Part shown: one piece after another, positions 11,085 to 19,479 of the stretch
Numbering within the stretch: the stretch's first letter is position 1
How the letters are laid out: the number at the start of each line of letters is the position of its first letter
Assembly: GCA_963711565.1 (NCBI GenBank)
Contig: CAVQEQ010000004.1
Coordinates: 1,504,001 to 1,568,000 of the forward strand
DNA: 64,000 bases
From: an uncultured delta proteobacterium
Lineage (GTDB): Bacteria > Desulfobacterota > Binatia > Binatales > Binataceae
Reading direction: 5' to 3'
Notes under the pieces: model-generated
What the model saw: the letters and a program-made list of their open reading frames with translations, nothing else
Database searches by the model: none
Told to the model about the DNA's origin: nothing
Program-made: the position numbers and the translations under genes

Positions 11085-12029
11085 CTAATCGAATTGAATA
11101 GTATCCGTGACGCGCCCGGCTTGCGAAAGAGCCTCGCGCGCAACGCCTTCGACGCCGTCCTCGAACTGCGCGACCTTTACGATCACGCTGCCCTCGCCGG
11201 CCGCAATCTCAAGCGCGCCGTCCGTCATCTCGCGCACGACGCGTCCCGGCGCACCGAGCGTTCCATTTTCAGAACCAATTTGCACTTGCCATAAAAACAG
11301 CTTTCGCCCGCCAACGAAACAGAACGCGCCGGGATACGGATGCGTGACGGCGCGCACGAGATTGAAGATCTTCCGCGCCGGCAATCGCCAGTCTATCCGG
11401 CCGTCCTCCGGCTTTCTGCGCCCGAAGTAGCTGCCCTTCGAGATGTCCATCATTCGCCGCAGCGCGGTGCCGGCAACGATCTTCGGATGCAGCTCGTCGA
11501 TCAGATCAACGCCGAGCGGCACCAGCTTGCGGTACAACGTCAGTGCGTTGTCGCCGTCGTCGATCGCAACCGCGCGCTGCCCGACGATATCGCCGGCGTC
11601 CGCTCGCGCAACCATATGATGCAGCGTGACGCCGGTCTCGCGTTCCCCATTCACCAGCACCCAGTTCACGGGCGCGCGTCCTCGATACGCCGGCAGCAAC
11701 GACGGGTGCAGATTGAATGCTCCGAGCGGCGCCAGCGCGAGTACGCTCTCGGGAATCAGGTGCCGGTAGGAGAAGGAATAAATCACGTTCGGCTTCGACG
11801 CAGCGAGCTTCGCACCCGCTGTCTCGACGCTCTCATCAAGATGCACTGGGACGCCGTGGCGCGTGGCCAGTTCCGCACACGACCGCCACCAGATCTCCTC
11901 GTGCGGATCGTCGCGATGCGTGAACAGTGCCGCTATCGCCGCGCCCATTTTCAGCAACGCCTCCATGCACGCGTAACCCATGTCGTGGTACGCAAACAGC
12001 ACGCAGCGCGCCGATTTCACCGACTCCAC
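11085..12029 (-). CDS. formyltransferase (ArnA N-terminal-like)
   Basis: FAYHDMG, NLHPSLLPAYRGRAPVNW, DAGDIV, RAVTHPYPGAF. Confidence 0.88.
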   Translation of the reverse strand: MESVKSARCVLFAYHDMGYACMEALLKMGAAIAALFTHRDDPHEEIWWRSCAELATRHGVPVHLDESVETAGAKLAASKPNVIYSFSYRHLIPESVLALAPLGAFNLHPSLLPAYRGRAPVNWVLVNGERETGVTLHHMVARADAGDIVGQRAVAIDDGDNALTLYRKLVPLGVDLIDELHPKIVAGTALRRMMDISKGSYFGRRKPEDGRIDWRLPARKIFNLVRAVTHPYPGAFCFVGGRKLFLWQVQIGSENGTLGAPGRVVREMTDGALEIAAGEGSVIVKVAQFEDGVEGVAREALSQAGRVTDTIQFD

Positions 12030-12038
12030 GATTGCTCG

Positions 12039-13058
12039 CTAGTCGCTTTGCGAATCGCCCGGCTTGCCGTCAACGCCATGTACCGCGCGCACGATGTAAG
12101 TTGGGCGGCGCCGCACTTCGATATAGATGCGCCCCGCGTATTCGCCGATAAGCCCGAGCGCCAGGAATATCATGCCTATAAAAAAGAACAGGACCGCGAA
12201 CAGCGTCCACAGCGCGCCCTCTTCCTGCGGGCCGTAGATCAATCGATGTCCAAGGAGGACAAACGCCATCATCACAGCCAGCAGCGATATCCCAATCCCG
12301 GTCATGCTCAGCAGTTGGATCGGCGCCAGCGAAAATCCGGTAATCAGGTTGAGACTGAGCTTCGCCAGTGAAAAGAGATTGTACTTCGACTGGCCGCTCG
12401 CGCGGTCGTCGTGCCCGACCGGGATTTCCGCGACGCGCTTGGCGAACGAGTTGGCGAGCGCGGGAACGAACGCCGCCTTCTCGTCGCAATCGACCACCGT
12501 ATCGACGATATGCCGCCGATATGCGCGCAGCATGCATCCGTAGTCGTGCATCGGCACGCCGACGATCAAGGAGGTGAGCCGGTTGTGCAGGCGCGACGCG
12601 TACTTTCGATACGCCTGATCGTGACGCTCCTCGCGCCATCCGCCGACCACGTCGTTGCCTTCATCGATCGCGGCGATCAAACGCGGGATTTCTTCCGGCG
12701 GATTTTGCAGGTCCGCGTCGAGCGTGACGACGATGTCGCCGCGCGATTGCTTGAAGCCCGCGAGGATCGCCGAATGCTGTCCGAAGTTGCGCGCCAGCTC
12801 GACCACTCGCACACGCCCCTCTTCGCCCGCCGCGATTTCGCGCAGGATGGCGAGCGAGTCGTCGTGTGATCCGTCGTCGATAAAAACCGTCTCCCACGCA
12901 CGGTCCAAGCCGTCGAGCACCGGCTTGAGGCGCGACCATAGCGATGCCAAGTTGGCCGATTCGTTGAACACCGGCACCACGATCGACACCAGACCCTGCT
13001 CCGCGCGCGATACGACCGACGCGCCTCGAATCGGTGATATTTTGCCGGGGAAGCTCAA
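12039..13058 (-). CDS. arnC: undecaprenyl-phosphate glycosyltransferase GT2 (ArnC-like)
   Basis: DDGS, RNFGQH, DADLQNPPEEI, two C-terminal TM helices, GEY. Confidence 0.8.
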   Translation of the reverse strand: MSFPGKISPIRGASVVSRAEQGLVSIVVPVFNESANLASLWSRLKPVLDGLDRAWETVFIDDGSHDDSLAILREIAAGEEGRVRVVELARNFGQHSAILAGFKQSRGDIVVTLDADLQNPPEEIPRLIAAIDEGNDVVGGWREERHDQAYRKYASRLHNRLTSLIVGVPMHDYGCMLRAYRRHIVDTVVDCDEKAAFVPALANSFAKRVAEIPVGHDDRASGQSKYNLFSLAKLSLNLITGFSLAPIQLLSMTGIGISLLAVMMAFVLLGHRLIYGPQEEGALWTLFAVLFFFIGMIFLALGLIGEYAGRIYIEVRRRPTYIVRAVHGVDGKPGDSQSD

Positions 13059-13203
13059 GAGACCCGCGCGACCTGACCGCGATCACTCCATGCGAAATCG
13101 CCGTCGCGTGAGTTGATTCTTGCAGACAGCCTGCCGGAATTAAAGATAGCTCCTGCCCGCCCCGGTTGACCGCGCGTGATCACCTCGCGAGACTGCTTCG
13201 ACG

Positions 13204-14934
13204 ATGCTCGCCGCCAACCGCTCGCTTCGACTCGCCATCTACGCCATCCTCGCGGCGATTCTGTATCTTCCCGGACTCGGCCGCCCTGCGCTCTGGGAGC
13301 CTGACGAGGGCCGCTACGCCGAAATCGCGCGCGAGATGGTTATCTCGGGCGACTACGTCACGCCGCGCGACGACTTCGAACTCTACTTCGAAAAACCGCC
13401 GCTGGTTTATTGGGCGAACGCCGCGTCGATTAAAATCTTCGGCGTCAACGAGTTCGCGGTGCGTCTTCCGGCGGCGCTGTTCAGTATCGGACAAGTCGTC
13501 GTCACGGCCGCATTGGCTGAGTTGATTTTCGGCGCGACGGCCGGATTCTTCGCCGCACTAGCGCTCGCATTGAGTCCGCTGTTTTTCGGCTTCGCGCGGT
13601 TCGCGACGCTGGATCCCGCGCTCGCATTTTTTCTTACTGCGGCGCTGGCTGCGTTTCACGTGGCCGCCCATGACGATTCCTTCTCCCAACCGTCCGCTCG
13701 CCGATGGATGCTGATCTCCGCCGCGATGCTCGCGTTGGGCACTCTCGCCAAAGGACCCGTCGCGCTGATTCTCGGCGGTCCGATCGCGTTGGCGTGGCTC
13801 GCAACCGAGCGACGACTCCGCCAGATCGTGCAGATGCCGCTGGTCTGGTGCGGCCTCATCTATCTGGCAATCGTCCTGCCGTGGTTCATCTTGATGGAAG
13901 CGCGAAATCCGGGCTTCCTGCATTTCTTCTTCATCCACGAGCATCTCGAACGCTACGTCACGTCGAACGAACACGGATGGGGCCCGTGGTTCTTCATCCC
14001 GATCGTGATTGGAGGGATGTGGCCGTGGATTTTTTTCGTCCCGCTCGGATGGTCCGCGATGCGCGCTGACGACACCTTGCCCAACAGTGCGCCGGCTTCA
14101 TCGCGCCGCTCCGCCGCGAGCTTTCTCGCGATCTGGTTCATCATCATCTTCGTGTTTTTCTCGATTCCCCGATCCAAGCTCGGCACCTATATCCTGCCCG
14201 CGCTTCCACCGCTCGCGATCGTTGCGGGATTCGGCCTCGTGCGCATCGGCGCCGTCGGCGCCGCGAGCCGCCATCGTCTTCTAGCCGTCATCGCGATTGC
14301 GAACCTGATTCTCGCTAGTGGTCTCTTAATGTTTTTCGAAGTAGCACTCGCTCCGATAAATCGCGTGTTGGGCCTCGACGGCTTGATGATTGCCGCCGTG
14401 CTGGCCGCCGGCGCGATTGCGATGTACGCGCTGGCGCGCACGGCGTCGGGCGCTCCGTTCGCCATTGGCGCGCTCGCTCTGGCAATGGTCATAACGGTCG
14501 CGCTCGCCGCGCGCGTGCGCGAAGACGCGTCCCCGATTTCCACATATCGGAACCTTGCAGACGCCGTTCAGCCGTATCTCACAGACGATTGCGCGCTCGC
14601 CTCGTATCGCCACTACGTACAATCGCTGCCGTTCTACACGCGCGTCCGCGAGACCCGCGTCGAGTACTGGGGCGAGCTGTCCGAGGTCTCAGCGCCGACG
14701 CCCGGGAAATCCCCGTATCTCATCGGCTCCGGAGCGCGCCTGCGCCAGGTGTGGTCGTCGGGCTCGTGCATGGTTCTAATCGCTAACGCTCGCGACCTGA
14801 ATGGTCTCGAGGAGTCGCTGAAGCCCGCGCCGGTTGTGATCGGATGCGAGGGGAAAAAATTTGCGCTCTACAATGGCGCTTTAGCGCCGCCGCCGGCAGG
14901 CGCCGCTTGCCTCAAGTCCGAAGTGAAAAAATAG
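13204..14934 (+). CDS. arnT: 4-amino-4-deoxy-L-arabinose transferase, GT83 (ArnT-like)
   Basis: PDEGRYAEIAREM, YFEKPPL, KGP, SKLGTYILP; many TM segments. Confidence 0.85.
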   Translation: MLAANRSLRLAIYAILAAILYLPGLGRPALWEPDEGRYAEIAREMVISGDYVTPRDDFELYFEKPPLVYWANAASIKIFGVNEFAVRLPAALFSIGQVVVTAALAELIFGATAGFFAALALALSPLFFGFARFATLDPALAFFLTAALAAFHVAAHDDSFSQPSARRWMLISAAMLALGTLAKGPVALILGGPIALAWLATERRLRQIVQMPLVWCGLIYLAIVLPWFILMEARNPGFLHFFFIHEHLERYVTSNEHGWGPWFFIPIVIGGMWPWIFFVPLGWSAMRADDTLPNSAPASSRRSAASFLAIWFIIIFVFFSIPRSKLGTYILPALPPLAIVAGFGLVRIGAVGAASRHRLLAVIAIANLILASGLLMFFEVALAPINRVLGLDGLMIAAVLAAGAIAMYALARTASGAPFAIGALALAMVITVALAARVREDASPISTYRNLADAVQPYLTDDCALASYRHYVQSLPFYTRVRETRVEYWGELSEVSAPTPGKSPYLIGSGARLRQVWSSGSCMVLIANARDLNGLEESLKPAPVVIGCEGKKFALYNGALAPPPAGAACLKSEVKK

Positions 14935-15007
14935 TGGAAGGCGGAATCGGGACACTTGGATTCGGTCGCGTTCGACTGTAGCTTGGCCGTGGAGAGACTG
15001 ATCGCAG

Positions 15008-15646
15008 GTGGCTGACAAGAAATCCAAATCCAAAGTTCAAGCCGCGGACTTCGGTGCGGAAGGCGCGGCGGCGGAACCTTCACTCGGCCAAGTGATTACC
15101 GAAGCCCGCGAACGCAAAGGCCTGACGCGCGAGCAGGTCGCGACCGAGGCACACCTTCCTCCGCACTACGTCAAAATGATCGAGACCGACAGCTACGACA
15201 TGATTTCTGATCGGCTCTACCTGGTCCCGTTTCTGCGCCGCTATGCATCGTTCCTCGGCCTCGACGCCGAGGAAATCGCTTCCCGCTTCGTCAGCAACGT
15301 TCAACACGCCGAGGCCAACGTGGTGCGAATCTCGCAAGAGATCACGATGGTCGCGAAGAAGCCCGGCGCCAGCCGCGGGATCGCGTTCGCCGTTATGATC
15401 GCGGCGATAGTCGTCATACTGGCGGACCTGGTGTGGCGCAGATTCGTCGAGCGTGAAGCCCCCGTCCCTGTCTCCGCGCCGGCTGCCGCTGCACCCGCGC
15501 CGGTGACGACCGAGCCCAAGGCTCAAGCGCCAAACGAGACTCTGCCACCCGCATCAATTGTGACCAATCCCGGCGGGGCCGCTCCACCGGCGGCGAATCC
15601 TTCCGCGCCCCCGCGCTCGATCCCGCCCGCCGCGAATGACGACTAA
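15008..15646 (+). CDS. RodZ-like HTH membrane protein
   Basis: ARERKGLT..VA...IE...FLRRYASFLGLD, one TM helix, Pro-rich tail. Confidence 0.75.
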   Translation: MADKKSKSKVQAADFGAEGAAAEPSLGQVITEARERKGLTREQVATEAHLPPHYVKMIETDSYDMISDRLYLVPFLRRYASFLGLDAEEIASRFVSNVQHAEANVVRISQEITMVAKKPGASRGIAFAVMIAAIVVILADLVWRRFVEREAPVPVSAPAAAAPAPVTTEPKAQAPNETLPPASIVTNPGGAAPPAANPSAPPRSIPPAANDD

Positions 15647-15689
15647 AGCCCCTCTCCAGAAGGGAGAGGGGCTAGGGGTGAGGTAATCG

Positions 15690-16403
15690 CTAATGCAGTA
15701 CGGCGTTCGCGATCTCTTCGGCGACCAGTTCCTTGGCGCGCCGTAAGTCGTCGCCCGAGTGCACGACCGCGACCACCTTGAGCTCGTCGGTCGCGGCCTC
15801 GAGCGACGCGCGCGCGACGATCACCGTGTCGTAAATCTGTTCCTTCGGAATATTGTCGTAGTGCGTCAAGGCGCCGGCGCCGTTCATCGCCTGCCGGCTC
15901 GCCATGTAGGTCTTGAATTGCTCGGTCGTCGGATCGTCGGGATTCAACGCCTGGCGGCGAGCCTCGTTTGCGAAGGGATCGATCGGTTGACTGCCGCTGT
16001 CTCCCAGCGGCGGCGGATCAGCGCCGGCCTCCTTCAGCAACTCGACCATCGAGGGATCACCCGGGAACATCTGGTTCAACGACACCCCCGGCGCGAGCAT
16101 TTGCTGATTCACCGTCACCGTCAGCGTCACCGAATTGTCGGGATTCGACGGCTGCCCGTGCCGCGCCGCGCGCAGATCTTCGTTCAGCACGTTCTGCACG
16201 ACAGGATCGGTGCAAATCGCAACCACGGTGGCGTCCGCGGGAGCGTTCAATTTGCCCGACATCTTGATATCGGCGGCGCGTGCAGTTCCGCCAATAGCTA
16301 CCGCAATAGCTAATGCGGCAAGCGCGCCATGTGTAGCCTTACACACTACTTGCTCACCGATAAGCGCGCGCGGCCTCGATCGGCCAGGTCGCGACAACTT
16401 CAT
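15690..16403 (-). CDS. hypothetical exported protein
   Basis: ORF with signal-like segment ALAALAIAVAIGGTARA; start uncertain. Confidence 0.55.
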   Translation of the reverse strand: MKLSRPGRSRPRALIGEQVVCKATHGALAALAIAVAIGGTARAADIKMSGKLNAPADATVVAICTDPVVQNVLNEDLRAARHGQPSNPDNSVTLTVTVNQQMLAPGVSLNQMFPGDPSMVELLKEAGADPPPLGDSGSQPIDPFANEARRQALNPDDPTTEQFKTYMASRQAMNGAGALTHYDNIPKEQIYDTVIVARASLEAATDELKVVAVVHSGDDLRRAKELVAEEIANAVLH

Positions 16404-17415
16404 CGCCCCTCACGACGTAGTACTCACTGTGCAGGTTAATCGTCGTATCGTTGTGGCTCGGAATTATCTCGATTTTCGATCCCGGCTCGAGACTGCTCTC
16501 ACCCGCCGCAAGATGCCCATGCTCTTCGGACAGCCGTGCCACTTTAATCTCAGTGCCCTTGACCATTGGCGGACCGAATTCGTTGGTTAGCGATTTCATC
16601 CCCGCGTCGATTATCGCACGCGCGCCGCGCCGCGAAATTACCGTCGCGAGCAGGGTCAGCGCCGGACGGCCAAAGTCCGGGCGCACATTACGATAAGCGC
16701 CGTCCATGAAAACGTACGACCCGGCCTGCACTTCGGTTACGTCGGGCCAGTTGCCCGCGATGTCGAAAGTCCCGGTCCCGCCAGCGCTCACTATTTCCGG
16801 CGCCAGGCCTGCCGCCCGCAGCGCTTCGACGTGCCGGCTGAGCGTGCTCAGAGCCTCACGCGCAGTTGCAATCCGCTTCTCGCGATCTGCAATCAGCACC
16901 GCGTGGCCTTCGTAGCCCATCACGCCCCGATATTTGAGCCCCGCGCGAATCGCATACCGCGCCAGCTCGACCGTCTCCTCGGGCGTCTCGGTGCCGCATC
17001 GATGCATCCCCGCATCGACTTCGATAATCACGTCGGGCGCGCGCCCGGCTCGCGCCGCACCGGCCTCGAACTCGCGCACGTTGAACTCGCTCTCGATCGT
17101 TCCGATCAAGCTGATTTGCGCCGCGGCTTTGAAGAACCGATCGATCTTGGCCGCCCCCGCAATCTGATTGGCGAGCAGCACCGGACCGAGCCCGGCGCGC
17201 GCCAGCACCTCGACCTCGCCGAGCTTCGACGCCGTTATACCGATCGCGCCGGCCGCAAGCTGTCGCCGTGCTACCTCGATTGTCTTCGGCGTCTTGAAAT
17301 GCGGCCGGAGCTTTTGCGGTCGCGCCGCGAAGTACTCGCCCATCGTGCGGATATTTTCTTCGACCACGTCGAGGTCGAGAATCAATGCGGGCGTGTCGAT
17401 ATCACGTTTCGTCAT
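16354..17415 (-). CDS. PLP fold-III enzyme, DSD1/D-threonine aldolase family
   Basis: DTPAL, RPHFKT, GMHRCG, MGYEGH, SAGGTGT, EVQAGSYVFMD, LSEEHG. Confidence 0.88.
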   Translation of the reverse strand: MTKRDIDTPALILDLDVVEENIRTMGEYFAARPQKLRPHFKTPKTIEVARRQLAAGAIGITASKLGEVEVLARAGLGPVLLANQIAGAAKIDRFFKAAAQISLIGTIESEFNVREFEAGAARAGRAPDVIIEVDAGMHRCGTETPEETVELARYAIRAGLKYRGVMGYEGHAVLIADREKRIATAREALSTLSRHVEALRAAGLAPEIVSAGGTGTFDIAGNWPDVTEVQAGSYVFMDGAYRNVRPDFGRPALTLLATVISRRGARAIIDAGMKSLTNEFGPPMVKGTEIKVARLSEEHGHLAAGESSLEPGSKIEIIPSHNDTTINLHSEYYVVRGDEVVATWPIEAARAYR

Positions 17416-17437
17416 GGCCCGAATTTTAGCACGGCGG

Positions 17438-17932
17438 TCAGGGAATCTTCTGCTGCAACAATTCCTGCGCGCGCGCGGCCCGCCATTTCACCAGCCGCTC
17501 GCCGAGCTTCGCGTCGCTCAGCGCGATTATCTGCGCCGCCAGCAGGCCGGCGTTCGCCGCGCCGGCTTTGCCGATCGCCATCGTCGCGACCGGCACCCCC
17601 TTGGGCATTTGCACGATCGACAGCAGCGAGTCGATTCCATTGAGCGACGTCGTCGGCATCGGCACGCCAATCACCGGCAAGATCGTTTTCGCCGCGACCA
17701 CTCCCGCCAGATGCGCCGCGCCGCCGGCGCCGGCGATTATCGCGCGCAACCCGCGGCCCGCGGCCTTCGCGGAGTAGTCCAAAGTGACGTCGGGCGTTCG
17801 ATGCGCCGACATGATCCGAACTTCATGCGGCACTTGAAGTTCTTCCATGACCTCGGCCGCCGCCGCCATGTACTCCCAGTCGCTCTTGCTGCCCATGATC
17901 ACGCCGACAATCGGCGCCTTGTTCTCCGCCAT
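17438..17932 (-). CDS. purE: N5-carboxyaminoimidazole ribonucleotide mutase
   Basis: MGSKSD, SAHRTP, AGGAAHL, QMPKGVPVAT. Confidence 0.97.
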   Translation of the reverse strand: MAENKAPIVGVIMGSKSDWEYMAAAAEVMEELQVPHEVRIMSAHRTPDVTLDYSAKAAGRGLRAIIAGAGGAAHLAGVVAAKTILPVIGVPMPTTSLNGIDSLLSIVQMPKGVPVATMAIGKAGAANAGLLAAQIIALSDAKLGERLVKWRAARAQELLQQKIP

Positions 17933-18028
17933 CGTGGTCCCTCGTACGCAGCAGGCTGATTCGCCAGTGCCCGCATGTCAAGCCGGACGGTATGAGCGCG
18001 GTGGATAATTCGGCACAATGTACTCGCG

Positions 18029-19474
18029 ATGGCGACGCCGATTCCGATCAATCAGTGCGAGTTCACGCTCGCCGAAATTGTCGAGGCGGCCCGCGGTACT
18101 CTCGTCCGCGGCACCTCGTCGGGGGGCGCGCGCAAGATCTGCGGCGTCAGCATCGACACGCGCTCGATCGAGCCGGGAGCGATCTTCGTCGCGTTGCAGG
18201 GAGCGGCGTCCGACGGCCACGACTATATTCCACAAGCCGCCGCGCGAGGCGCCGTGGCAGCGATCGTCGCGACCGGCCACCATCATCCTGCGCTCGATTG
18301 CATCGAGGTCGACGACACGCTCACCGCATTGGGCCGCCTCGCGCGACGCCATCTCGCGCGCACGCGCGCAAGTCGTGCACTTCCGCTCATCGCAATCGGC
18401 GGTGCGGTCGGCAAGACCACGACCAAGGAACTCACCGCCGCCGTCGTTCGCGCGCTGTTTGGCGCCACGCTTGCGACGCCGGGCAATCTGAACAATCTGA
18501 TCGGCGTGCCGATGACGATTTTCACCCTTGCCGGCGAGCATCGCGCAGCTGTCCTCGAATGCGGCACCAACACGCGCGGCGAGATTCCGAAGCTCGCGCA
18601 AATCGTCGAGCCGGACGTCGCGATGGTTCTCAACGTCGACCTCGAACACAGCGAAGGCCTTGGCACGCTCGACGATATCGCTGACGAAGAAGCCGCGCTG
18701 TTCTCGACCGCCACGCGCTGTGCGGTTGCGTCCGCCGACGAGCCGATGGTGCTGTCGCGGATTCCGAAACATCTGCGCCAAATCAGATTTGGCAAATCGG
18801 CCAACGCTCACGTGCGGCTCGTCAGTCGCAGCGCCGGCGCCCGCTCGCGTATCCGCGTCGAGCTCGCACGCGACATTGTCGCGGCCGGATGCGAGCCCTT
18901 CATCGAAACTGAAATCGCGCTGCTGGGCGAGGCCGCCGCTCTCAACTGCACCGCCGCGATCGCCGGGGTCGCTGCGATGCGGGCGGCACCGCTCGAGTCG
19001 CGCGAACTCGCGGCCATCGGAGATGCGCTCGCGAGCGTCCAGCCGGTAGCCGGTCGGCTCGCCGGCAGTTCAATCAACGGCATCTTCGTGATCGACGACA
19101 CTTACAACTCGAACCCTCGCTCGATTCGAGCTGCGCTCGCGGCCGCGCGCGAAGTTGCCGACGGACTCCGCGCCCGTCTCGTGATTGCGATGGGAGATAT
19201 GCTGGAACTGGGCGAGCAGTCAGCCGCTGCGCATCAGGACGCGATTCGCGACGTTATGCTCGCGCGTCCCGCCGCATTCGTCGCAGTCGGCCCCGAAATG
19301 AACTCCGCACGAGCAGTCGTTTCCCGCGACGCGAACGCGACCGACATACTCACCGCGCCCGACAGTGTCGCGGCAGCGAAAACAGTTTCGGAGTTGGTGC
19401 GGCCGGGCGATGTGTTGCTGGTCAAAGGTTCGCGCGGAGTCGCGATGGAACGTGTTATCGAACGGCTCGCCTGA
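18029..19474 (+). CDS. murF: UDP-MurNAc-tripeptide-D-Ala-D-Ala ligase
   Basis: DTR, GKTTTKE, GNLNNLIGVP, DDTYNSNP, GDMLELG, VKGSRG. Confidence 0.93.
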   Translation: MATPIPINQCEFTLAEIVEAARGTLVRGTSSGGARKICGVSIDTRSIEPGAIFVALQGAASDGHDYIPQAAARGAVAAIVATGHHHPALDCIEVDDTLTALGRLARRHLARTRASRALPLIAIGGAVGKTTTKELTAAVVRALFGATLATPGNLNNLIGVPMTIFTLAGEHRAAVLECGTNTRGEIPKLAQIVEPDVAMVLNVDLEHSEGLGTLDDIADEEAALFSTATRCAVASADEPMVLSRIPKHLRQIRFGKSANAHVRLVSRSAGARSRIRVELARDIVAAGCEPFIETEIALLGEAAALNCTAAIAGVAAMRAAPLESRELAAIGDALASVQPVAGRLAGSSINGIFVIDDTYNSNPRSIRAALAAAREVADGLRARLVIAMGDMLELGEQSAAAHQDAIRDVMLARPAAFVAVGPEMNSARAVVSRDANATDILTAPDSVAAAKTVSELVRPGDVLLVKGSRGVAMERVIERLA

Positions 19475-19479
19475 CGCTA

